Shown: in pieces, positions 11,917-24,200 of the stretch | Numbering within the stretch: position 1 is the first letter of the stretch | Layout: the number at the start of each line of letters is the position of its first letter | Origin: Seison nebaliae | Taxonomy: Eukaryota | Assembly: GCA_023231475.1 (NCBI GenBank) | Contig: JALJEE010000713.1 | Location: 1 to 64,000, forward strand | Direction: 5' to 3' | DNA length: 64,000 bases | Made by a program: the position numbers and the translations under genes | Notes under the pieces: generated by a model | Told to the model about the DNA's origin: nothing | The model's input: only the letters and a program-made list of their open reading frames with translations | The model's database searches: none

Positions 11917-13470
11917 ATGATGATAACACCAAAAATTCGTTCTATCACTTCGAAAGACAAGATCAAAGAAGGAGACAGCTTCATTTTGATCAGTGATCAA
12001 ATAGAGAAATTAGGATCATTAGTTTCTGGAGAAGTCGAGAAATCGATCACGAACTATAACAAGATAGATAAGACGTTTAATAATAAATGTCAATTATTAT
12101 TCGCAGAAGATTTACCCGGAAATCGATTAATTTGGACACCAATTGGCACTTTAGATAGTGACATTGATGATGCACGTCGTTTATATGAAGCAGCAATTGA
12201 TGCTGTGAAATGTGCGATCAACATTGGAAGTATGAAACCTGTTATTCAAGTGCTTTTGTCTGATAAATTGAAATTAATGTATCCAAAATGGATGGAAGTC
12301 ATTTTATTGGGAGCTTACCATGGTTCATATATCCCAATTGAATTGAGAGATATTAATCGAAAGAAATTAGATGAAATACTTTTATTTTCACAAAAGAAAG
12401 ATATGAAAGATATTTTTAAAAAAATTTCTTCGTATGAAGAAGGACGTTGTGTTGCGAGAGATATCGGCGGTTCAGATCCTGAACGAATGGCTCCACCCAA
12501 AGTAGAAGAATATGTGCGAAAAGTATTCGGTGATAAATCGTCATCAATTAAATTAACAGTGAAAAGTGATGTGAGTGAATTTGAAAAATCTTATCCGTTA
12601 TTAGCAGCTGTCAATCGAGCAGCCAATGCAGTTCCACGACATCAAGGACGATTGATGTTTTTGGAATATGGAAATAAAGATACCGCTGACACTTCACTTT
12701 ATTTAGTGGGTAAAGGTATTACTTATGATACTGGTGGTGCTGATGTGAAAGCTGGAGGTCATATGGCTGGAATGCATAGAGATAAATGTGGAGCGGCAGC
12801 AGTTGCCGGTTTCTTTCGAACTCTCGATTTATTGAAACCTGATAATTTGTATGTTTGTGGAAGTATGTCGATGGTAAGAAATTCGATTGGAGAAGAAAGT
12901 TATGTTGCTGATGAAATTGTTACATCGAGAGCTGGTGTTCGTATTCGAATAGGGAATACGGATGCGGAAGGACGTATGGTAATGTCAGATCCTCTTTGTG
13001 AAATGAAAGAGAAAGCTCTCCTATCCAAATCGAAAGACAAACATATTTTCACAATCGCTACACTCACTGGCCATTGTGTCGTCGCTGTTGGGGAGTCTTA
13101 TACCGCCGTTATGGATAATGGACCGGCACGCTTAAAAAAAATGGCTCAACAACTTCAAAGTTTGGGTGACGAGATGGCGGAGCCGATTGAAATTTCAACT
13201 GTTCGTCGAGAAGATTTCCAATTTAACAAAGGCAAATCGGAATATGAAGATGTTCTCCAATGTAACAATTTGCCATCTAGTCAGACACCTCGTGGACATC
13301 AAATTCCTGCTGCTTTCATGGCGATGGCTTCCGGATTGGATAAATGTGGAAAAGATTCGGCTACACCTATTCCTTATACCCATTGTGATATTGCTGGGAG
13401 TAGTGGTCCTTTTCCTGGTGTACCAACTGGTACTCCAATTCTAGCTTTGTTTGAGAAATTTATCAAATAA
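11917..13470 (+). CDS. M17 leucyl aminopeptidase-family protein
   Basis: VGKGITYDTGG, MHRDKCGAA, NTDAEGR, IATLTG and HCDIAG motifs. Intronless; first ATG at 11917. Confidence 0.93.
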   Translation: MMITPKIRSITSKDKIKEGDSFILISDQIEKLGSLVSGEVEKSITNYNKIDKTFNNKCQLLFAEDLPGNRLIWTPIGTLDSDIDDARRLYEAAIDAVKCAINIGSMKPVIQVLLSDKLKLMYPKWMEVILLGAYHGSYIPIELRDINRKKLDEILLFSQKKDMKDIFKKISSYEEGRCVARDIGGSDPERMAPPKVEEYVRKVFGDKSSSIKLTVKSDVSEFEKSYPLLAAVNRAANAVPRHQGRLMFLEYGNKDTADTSLYLVGKGITYDTGGADVKAGGHMAGMHRDKCGAAAVAGFFRTLDLLKPDNLYVCGSMSMVRNSIGEESYVADEIVTSRAGVRIRIGNTDAEGRMVMSDPLCEMKEKALLSKSKDKHIFTIATLTGHCVVAVGESYTAVMDNGPARLKKMAQQLQSLGDEMAEPIEISTVRREDFQFNKGKSEYEDVLQCNNLPSSQTPRGHQIPAAFMAMASGLDKCGKDSATPIPYTHCDIAGSSGPFPGVPTGTPILALFEKFIK

Positions 13471-15024
13471 ATAATTCTCATTATTATTTAATGAATAATA
13501 TTTCATTTATAGTTCATTTTATTCATTATTAGTAAAAATTAAATTCATTTAATTTTATCCAATGGACATCATTCATTAGTATGACGTGTCACTAATTTAT
13601 TCGTTCATTGTAAATTTTCCGTTAAGAATAAAAACGGAATGTGTATAAAAACGAATAATTCTTACGAAACTTTTCATTATTAATTTACAGTTTTCTAAAG
13701 GTCATCGAATTATTTTAAAATGGGAGAAATTATCCAATTTCAAAGAGTTTGAATATTTTTCTCTATTTCAATTGTTTAACTTTGTCTATAACAATATTCA
13801 TTATAGGTCGAAACATATCCGATATCTTCAGTCATCAACTAAAGTCTTCAATTATTTCATTGGGTAAATATTAGTCAGAGTTAGACGGAATGTACAGGAG
13901 ATTCAGAGGAATAGTTATTCTTAGGATCCAAATTATAAATTTATATTTTTCGTTCTTTCATTATTCCAGATGGGGGAATAATGACAACGATAAAATGTGG
14001 AAATTTAACAATTATCAAAAAAATCGCTCATGATCTCGCTCCAACTAGTTGGCGATATGATGAGAATATCCAAATAAATTTGGAAGAATTGTCTAAATCT
14101 ACATCGAGAGAGAATACATATCATTATGCCATTCATGTATGAATCAAATTGTAATTGTAATTTAACTCTAAAAAAAACTTATTTTGTTATATTCTTTCTT
14201 TTAAAGCGATTTGTTAGATAGTCTTTATTTAAATATAAATTGTGAGATAGGAAAATGGATATGAGAGGAAAACGAATGTTTACAAAGGAGGGTGCAAAAG
14301 GAGAATTATATGTTTGATTGCTTCGTCTTGATCGACTTGGTGAATGCGAGGTAGATGTCGGTAAATGTTCTATTTCGATGATTGCTTTTATATTCACTCC
14401 CAAATGCTTCGACTTCCTTAGTTTACAGTAGTTCACATACATAAGCCATTACCCTATTGAAATCTGATCGATGCTTAATCGGGTAATCTAAATCGGTTAA
14501 GTTTCGTCGCATATGGATTTAATTGATCGTGACGCAACTGTGTTCGCAAGTCACATTTGTAACTTTACGAGAAAATTATATAAGTTGAGTTCACGATAGG
14601 ATCGTTACATATTACATAACATTTTCATGTTTTAAACATCTAAATATTAACATTCTTTATTGTTTATATTTTGTACAAATTTCTCATTCATTATTTTTAT
14701 TTCTTATAATATTCGAAAATAAACTTTCAATTTTACACTATAATTGGCAGTCAAACTATAATTTCTTATTGTTAGTCAGAAAATGTCCTTATTGGAGACT
14801 CGTAGACGTCAGAAGTATTTCCATCGCAATATTAGCAGAACACAACATTTTAGGAGCAAAATCGTCCAGAAGCTTAACATATTTATTCTATTGAAGACAT
14901 AAAATGAATTAGTTTAGATAAGGTATTTTAAATCTTCAGTTTTATTGTCCAAGGTTAAATGAAACAATTAAATTTATGAGGAATAATGTTTGATATTGGT
15001 TAGAAATCTCCATCGAAAGCACAA

Positions 15025-18000
15025 TTAGAAGGTAAATTGCATGGTAAACGGTTTCGATTTGCAAACATTGCAACAACCATCATTGATTATTGCTTCTGGA
15101 CAAGTGGTAAGATCGGTCTGCTTTTGACATTTCCTTTTTGAACAAACTTCTTTGCCGTTCATGCAATAGCATATCTGACAAGTTGCGTGTCGATATTCTG
15201 TTTGACCGTTGACCATTGTGGCGCAGTTGTGAATTTGGGGAAGACATATTGGACAACATACATTTGGAAGTGAATAACTAAATTCCGTCGATTTACATGG
15301 TTTGCATGTATGCGTTGTGATTGTAGGAGCAGTACCACATTGTGTATATTTTTTCACTTCACAAGTTGCTGGGTTAAGAATATCATAATTTTTCGGTACA
15401 TACTTACCACTATCAATGCAGAAAGGTTCAACCTTACATTTTGAACAACAGTCCGTTTTACTTCCGGTAGCTGGTGCTATTTTTTCATCGCATTGTAAAG
15501 TACCACAAAGCTTAACATCATCAATGGCAGGTTCACAAGATAGAGTGCCTCCAGTGCAGGTACATTTTTGACAATCCTGATAAACCATTTGTCCCTCTTC
15601 CAGACGTTGAGAGTCGCCCAATGAACAAAATGTTTCGTCACATTGAACGCAACAAGATTTTGTATTCAGTTGGGTACAACCTGGTTTTACAGCCGGACAA
15701 TTATTTGATGGAGCCATCGATTCCAATTGTAGTTCTCCATTCCTTCTAACACACTGAATATATTCACAAAATTTCAATTCCTTTTCTACTGTTCCATCAT
15801 TATATTTAATTACAATGGTCGGAAATTTATTTCGGAAATAATCATTTTCAGCCAAAAATGCTTCGAATTCAACTGCTGATTGTGTCCACTTAATCTTACA
15901 ATGTGCTAGAACCAGTTTTCACATGAAGAAAGTAAATAGAAAACAATGACGATAAAACAAACTCTGATGACAATATCGACAATATTTATTTTCGATAGAT
16001 AAAGCCTCTGGAATACAATGGGACGTTGGAGGACAATTAATCGTTCCTGTTTGTAAACCGACTCTCGTACATATCGTAATTGTAACACTGTTTCCATTCT
16101 TTGCTGTTTTAACCTCGTTTAATGTATGTGTAGCTTCGCACTCTACCGCTAGAATAAAAGCATAATGTCATAGTTAAAATGAGAGAACGATTTGGAAAAT
16201 AACCTTTAGGACACACATTGCAACATGCACCTTTAGGTTTGTAAGAACCGGTACATGTCAATGTGGCACACTGAGTTGTTGTACATGTGATTTCACCCGC
16301 AGTACATTTACAACTGTCACATTCAGTTCGATAGAACGTTTCACCTTCATGATATTTTGAAGTTATTTCTTGGCAAAATTTCGTTGCTAAAACATTTATA
16401 TTCGTAATGAAATTTTAGTTAAAAAAATTCTTCCTATGGCTAACCAGCGGAACATTTTGGACAACATGTCCCTGCTTCCGTCACTGGACATGTTAATGTA
16501 GGACAAGTATATTGTGTGGAACAATCGAAATTACCCGTTTCTTTACAAACACATTCTTTACAAGTAGATTCATCCAAATACTTTTGTCCCACCGTATATA
16601 AGTTATCTGTGCCCTTTACACAAACTACACAACATCAGATGTAATAAAGTTTTATTTGAATTTACTAAACCGTTAGGGCATACTTCACAACACTCTCCTT
16701 TGTTTTTCACCTTACCGGTACAAGTTAAAGTTGGACAGACGATCGCCGCACATGTTACTGTAGTGTCGACGTTACATTTACATGTTTTACAATCCTTTAT
16801 CTCGAATTCTTGTCCTATGTTATATTCCATTCCATTGTGTAAGCATTCTAATGTATTAATAATCAATTTCCTTTTGTTCAATTAAAAGAAAGATAAATGA
16901 ACTTGTTGGACATTTTGCACAACACTCTCCTTGCAATGTCACAGGAGTGCTACAAGTTGGTGCTGGACAGGCGATATTGGTGCATGTTATTCCGTTATAC
17001 GAACAAGTGCATAAAGTACATTTATTTCTATAAAATGTTTGTCCAATTTTATACAGTATCGAAGATTCTTCACAGTCTTAAAAATAATCGTTATAAATAA
17101 TGAGGATTATTAAAAAATTGGACAAATAAAAGGTGTAACAGGGTTGACAGATTTTACAACATTTTCCAGGAACTAATAATGTCGTAGGACAAGTGAGCGC
17201 AGGACATATTTCATCTTTACAATCAAGTTTCCCCTTGGCCCCACATGTACATTTAGTACAAACACTTTTCTTGAAACTTTCACCGGCCTTATAAATAATA
17301 CTGTTGTATGTACAAATGTCAGGACATTGAGGACAGCATTTCCCTTTAACCGATACCGGCGATGCACAAGGAAGTGTTTGGCAGACTTCGTCGACGCATT
17401 CTACTGTCTGAGTATCTTTACATTCGCATGAGGTACAAGCAGATCTTTTGAATTTGTCTCCAACCGTGTACACTTTTCCATCAGTATCCTTACAAGCTGA
17501 TTTATTAACCATTTATTAAACTTTAATTAAAATCGACTAACTATTTTTGCACTTTTCACAACATTCGTTATCCAATGTAATTTTTTCAGTACAAGTCAGT
17601 GTAGGACAATTCGGTTTAGCATCGACACAATCGAATCCACTTTCTTTACAAGTACATTTCACACAATTCGATTGTTTATAATATTGACCGATTTGGTACT
17701 CTTTCGTATTACTGATACATGCTAAAAAATTTCACCGAGTCTTAGTGAGGTATGAAATAAATGTTTAGCGACCAACTGATCTCACAAACAGGGCAACATT
17801 GTCCTTCGATCTTCTTTGTTTTAACACATGACAATTTTGGACATTTCTTTGTTTCACATGTTATAGTTCGAGAACTGGTGCAAATACATCGTTTACAGCT
17901 ATTTATTTGCAATGAACTACCAATTGGAATAGCCTTTCCCTCGATTACACATTCTGTTTAATGAAATTTAGTTCGTTTCTATTGTGTAACGAGCAAAAGA

Positions 18001-20749
18001 TAGTCTCGAACATCCACTTTCCTACTGACAATTCTACTTATATCTTACAAAATATTCATGTTACACAACCATATTTCACGATATTTATCATAAAAGAAAA
18101 ATCCAACAGAATTGGAGTTCAGAGACTTCTCTTGCATAATTAAGTATAACTTAAGGGACAAATTGGACAACATTTTCCCTTGGGAACTACTTGGTTTTGA
18201 CAATTTACCGGTTTGCATTGTTGTTTTGTGCATTGTATTTGTCCTCTTGCCGAACAAATGCATACACTACACCCGTCTCTTCTATATATTTGACCCGCAT
18301 TAATTTTCACCCCATCAATATAGCAAACTATTTTTTACAAACCGAGTAAAAATATAATCGAAAAGAAGAAATGTAACTGTTTCTGCAAACCGGACAACAA
18401 TTGCTCATTTCTTGATAGATTAATGGACAATTTAATCTAGGACAATCCGAAGGACCCTTTTTGCGACATATTAATTCTCGTGATAACATATCACATCGAC
18501 AAAAGAAACAGTTTGCTCTTTCCACCACCGTTCCATATTTGACGAATGCTTTAGTTATAGAATCGTAGCAACCGTCTCGACATTTCGGACAGCATTCACC
18601 AATCGGTACGTAAAATCCAGAGCATTTTAACGGTCTACATTTAATACTTTCGCACTTGAAACTGGAATCATTTTGACAGGTACATTTAGTACATAAATCT
18701 TTATTGTAAGTTTGACCGACTGTATAAACTTTCTTATTGACCATGCACGCTAAATAAATAATATTTCTTTATAAATATTTATTAATTAAAAGTGAACTAG
18801 TGGAACATCGTGGACAACATTGGTTATCATCATACACAAAGTTCTTGCAAGATAAAGGTGGACAGCTTTTTGGTGGAGTACATGTTAGTTTTCCAGCCAC
18901 ATCACAAAAACATAGAACGCATGGGGTTTGTTGATAGAACGTTCCAGATGGTATATGTTTCCCATTATAGTTACAACCAAAACCAAGTGAACGAATCAAA
19001 TCACTATTACTCGTCTTACACATTGGACAACATTTCACAAGTCGCTTCTGTTTACAATTAGATGTAATTTGAGGACAATCAGTCTTTGGGAGACATCTCA
19101 CATCATTACCACTATGACAAGTACAAGTTTGACATTCCGCATTATCCCACATCGCACCCACTGTATAATGCTTCCCATTATAGACACAATCTATTCAAAT
19201 AAAATTATTAATTTAAATATTAAACGATATTTGAAATATTAGTATTGGATTAAATAAGATAATAAATTGTTATATATTAAATATATTGAAACCTTTTGAA
19301 CATGTTGTACAACATGTGTTTGGCAATTTAAGTTTTTCGTCACAATAAATAGTTGGACATTTCTTTTCATGACATTCAACTAAACCATTACTTAAACACA
19401 AACACGTCATACAATCCTGGTCGAACACTTCATTAACTTTATAAGTTATATTACTTGATTTACATACTGTAATAAGAAAGATGAAAATTTATATTTCATA
19501 TTATATACGATTAACTTTTTGATGACTCTTGACTGTTTCCATCACTGCAAACAGGACAACACAATCCTTTTATTTTGGTCGGGTTCTTACAAAATATCTT
19601 CGGACAAGTTGTCGGTTGACAATCAAGATATCCTTCACTTCTGCACATACAACTGGTACAATCATTAATCAGAACCATTTGATTCACTTCATATGTTTTC
19701 CCTTTTAACTGACAAACTTTAATTCTGTATTCTATAATTATGATTTCGAAATTCAAACTTGGTTTACACGTTGGACAACATTCTCCTTCTCGTTGAATTG
19801 GATATACGCAAGAAATTGAGGGGCATTTTTTCGTTTTACATTGCATTATGCCAGTCTCTTTACAAATGCATTCGGTACAAGAATTTTGTTGATACTTTTC
19901 ATCCATCTGAAATTTCATGTTGTTAAAAGTGCAACCTTTTGATGGACATTTTGGACAACATTCACCCGGTTTCACGATCGGATCCGTACAATTAGGTTTT
20001 AAACATTGAATCTTAAAACATTTGATGGAGCCGTCTGCCGTACAAAAACATTTGACACATGTACTCTTCTTAAAAGTTGATCCAATCTCATAAACAACAT
20101 CATTGTATTGACATTTAATTTCTATGAATTATGTTCAAATTTGTGATATAGTTATAAAAAAGAGAATGAATAAAATGAGTATTTTACTTGCTTTTGATCG
20201 ATCATTCGATGGATCAATAGGGCATGATCCACAACATTCCCCAGGTAATTTAATTGGATTCTTACACGAAGTTTTGGGACATGTAATAGCCAAACAAAAT
20301 GCTTTTCCTTTATGACAAATGCAGTTCGGTTGACATTTACCTCCTCGAAACTTCTCACCACTTTTTATTATCTGTCCATTTTCAATACAATCATCTTTAT
20401 GAATAAACCAAAATCGTCTTATAAAATTCTCTCTTAATACCAACCGGTGCAACTTTGAAATTTCCTTAACTTTACTGTTGGATCCATACAACTGGCAATA
20501 TTGAAATAACATAAATTTTTGTACGTTTCATTATTGCTGGAACATACGGGTTGAAATGATGATGGACAATCTGTTGAACAAGGATTCTTTTCTATATTGT
20601 CAAATCGAAAAATTTTTGGTTGTACTTTTAATGGTTCCGTTATGGCACCTAGTAATTGTTGAAATAAATTAATCGAATTGATAAGAGACATAACCTTTCA
20701 CTTTATAAATATGAATAGAAAGGATTAATATAAAATTTTTTATTTTCAT
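15025..20749 (-). CDS. Secreted Kazal + ~23 VWC-repeat protein (kielin/chordin-like), paralog B
   Basis: Hydrophobic N-terminus MKIKNFILILSIHIY, a Kazal domain (PCSTDCPSSFQPVCSSNNETYKNLCYFNIASC), then repeated C..C.C....C....C...C......G.CCP.C modules. About 17 phase-1 GT-AG introns splice in frame to the TAA at 15025. Confidence 0.9.
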
Positions 20750-21282
20750 CGTTAAAAATTCTACAAAATTCACAGTTTTCTTCTTTTTATAGACATTTTC
20801 GTTGTTGATAATATTCTATTGAAAGTATTCCGGGTCGTCGGCATTTTTGAACTGATGTGCCAAATATGATATGTTCGTCTTATGAATTGTTAATCATAAC
20901 ATGAATCAATCGCCACTAAAATTCCTGCAACATTCTTTACATTTGTTTATTCTCCATTATAATCTTCTTGCTTATGAAATATATTCTTTTTATGGTGGTA
21001 AACCAAGGATTTCTTGTTTAGTGAAAAAGATAAGTTTGAACTGAAAAATTTTATTGAATATTCATAAACTTATCAGGTATTTTAAGGTAAATCAGGTAAA
21101 AAAGAAAGGAATACTACTGAGCACGGCAATATTTATTGTTAATGATAAATTGAAGAATAAAATGGATTTTAGTCAAAATGCAACTGTTTATAACTATTTC
21201 ATCATTTATTATAGTTTCTTAAATGTATTAATAATAAACTTATAATTATACCCCAGCCTTTTGCTGATAAAGTTCTTTGCAG

Positions 21283-24200
21283 TTATATAGGTATTACCAA
21301 TTTCTTTGCACAATATGTACAACATTGATCTTTGAAACTTATTTCACAAGTTGCTCCGTCATATGGGGGACATTGTATACGTTGCGTTGTATCTACCAAT
21401 GCAGCAGTACATATACCAGCATTGCATGTAGCTGTACATTTGTGCTTAACACAATTCTTAAGCAGGATTGCGTTTACATGTAGAATCCCGCATTCTATAA
21501 AAATATGACAAAAAAGTGATGTAAATTCTAACTTGGTGGACAAACGGAACAACAAGCTCCTTCTGGTTTAACATGTTCTGTTGGCGGACACCCTAAAGCT
21601 GGACAAACGATAGGCGCTTCACTTGGACTGTTTATGGATGGACAACTGATTTCTACACAATTCTTTGTTATTTTCTGACCAACATGATTTGCATCATAAC
21701 AGAAGTTATATGCCAAACATATTTCACAGCAAGAATTGGGAGAAGCTTGTTTCGTCTTACATTGTGCGAGATGGGGACAAGCAACTGCTTGGGGTGTTGC
21801 CCATGTACCATCCTCTTGACATTTTTTCGTTTGACAATTTGTAACAACAACATCTCCAGGTTTATGACGTGTCGTACCATCCAAGCAAAGTTTTAGACAT
21901 TTTGGACAACATTCATTCTTTTCTGAATATTTTGCAACACAATTAGCAGGTAATGCAGAACACTCTTTTTTGGTTTCAGTTAATTCTCCATTGCTACAAG
22001 CGTATGTAAGTTCCGTCGTAGTTTTGAAATCTTTTGAAAACTGACAAAATACCGTAGTACCCTTCTCGAAAATCTCAAAACGACCATTTGCATCTTTCTT
22101 TTTACAAAACTCTGGATATAGTTAAAAAGAACATATTAAGCATAAGATTTATCAACTAACTATCTGTACATGTTTCACAACAATTAATAGTCTCCTTCTT
22201 TGTACATGAAGTGGGAACAGGTGTACATGATTTATCTACACAATTCACCTTCCCAAGTTTACATGTACATGTTTTACATTTGTGAATAAATTGTGTTCCA
22301 TCCAAATAAACACCATTTTCATATTTGCATACTACCCAATAATATGATTAAGGAAAAATATGATAACAACTAACTCTCAGGACAGAATCTACAACAAGGG
22401 TCACTTTTATCCGTACTGCAAATTGCAGGACATTTTTTGTCCACGTCAACTAATGTGCCTCCGGCAGTGCAAGTACGTTGTTTACATTCACTTGTCACAT
22501 AAATTTGACCCACCAATAATGTCATTGCGGGTGAGGTAATTGTACAACGATCATCTAAAAATCGACAAAATTGTAAATTATAATATTTATTTAGTAAAAA
22601 ACCTTGGCAATGACTGCAACAGGCGCCTTGAGGCTTTACTTTATTTGCGCAGGTTAATACTGCACATGTCAACGGTTCACATTTTAAAGTTCCAGATTTA
22701 CATTCACATTTCTTACAGTCAGTAGTATAAGATATATCTCCTTCGGCATACGTTAATGTACCGGTTACACAAGCTAATAACAATTTGTAGACAGATAAAT
22801 CGATTTTAACTTTTGGACACATATACAACTGTAACTTTTTGGACAGACTTTGCAACATTCTCCTGCTTTTTGAATAGGATTTGGACAAGTTAACGATGGA
22901 CATTGTTTCGCTGTGCATGTTATCGTTCCATCAACAGTACATTTACAAACACTGCAATCTTTATCGGTGAATTCTTCGCCTATGCCGAAACTTCTTTTGC
23001 CTTTACGACAACCTAAATTTTAGAAAATCATCATTGTCCAATTTTCGAATTTAAAACTGATATACCTGTGGGACATTCACTGCAACATTTACCGGCTGGT
23101 GTAATAGGAGAAGTGCAAATAAGGGGTTGACATGTGGCATCAGTGCATCGTATTCCGAAGAATGTACACTCACATTCTTTACATTTGGTTTGTTGAAATC
23201 GTTCTCCAATCAAATACTTTCTCCCTTCCACAGTACAACCTGCGATATATGAAATATATTAATTTATAAATAATCTAATGGTTTTGAGAACTTGGGGAAC
23301 ATACGGGGCAACAACGGCCCGGAATAGTCTCTTTTACTGTACAAGTCAATACTGGACATTTCGGTTTAACACAAGTAACCCCTCCATCAGCGTTACACGT
23401 GCAAGTTTCACAACCATTCCTAATAAAATGTTCACCAACCTGGTAGATGTTTCCATCAGCGATACATTGATTGCGACATTTCTTACAACATTCACCTTTT
23501 ACGCTTACTTGATTCTTACAAGTTAATGTCGGACATTTCGTTTCCGTGCACTTAATAGTACCGTCGGCGTTGCACACACATATATTGCATGGATCTCGAT
23601 TAAACGTTGTCCCATGTGGATAAGATACTCCATTCGTATCCTTACAAACTTGACAGAAAGGTATGTTATCAATTAAGTCCCTTAAATACTATAACCTGAT
23701 GAGCAAGTTTCGCAACATTGACCAACAACCTTTATCTTGTGACTACAAGTCAATTTAGGACAACTCTTTTTCAAATTCTGACAAATCAATTTGCCCGTAT
23801 TCATACAAGTACATTTAGTGCAAAGATTCTTGTAATGTACTTCGTTAATTGCAATTACCTTCTTCTTTTCTCGACAAACTGATCATTATGATAATTATGA
23901 ATTAATCATTTAATTTTATCAAAAAAAAGTGGTAAAATAAAGTAACATGTGACGCATTTGGGACAACATGCATCCTTTTCGGTATGTGTATAATGACAGG
24001 TTAAGGTAGGACATATTTCAGTTTGACATTCCATATCACCATTTGCGCCACATTTACATGTATTACATTTTCCTATTTTGTAAACTTGCTTGCGATTATA
24101 AGCAATTCCGTTTTTGATACAATCTATAATTTTGTAAAATTCAATTTTGAAACAATCCGTGACAAACCTGGAGGACATGAGGGACAACATTCACCGGCAA

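Noticed and set aside
1146..14442. Isolated in-frame TAA codons suggesting stop-codon reassignment
   Set aside because: Conserved genes (ADSS, RACK1, MRPL22, aminopeptidase) end at TAA and have no internal stops once spliced, so the standard code fits.
13700..14630. Two small exon-like gene candidates on opposite strands
   Set aside because: I could not build a stop-free spliced model and recognised no homology.
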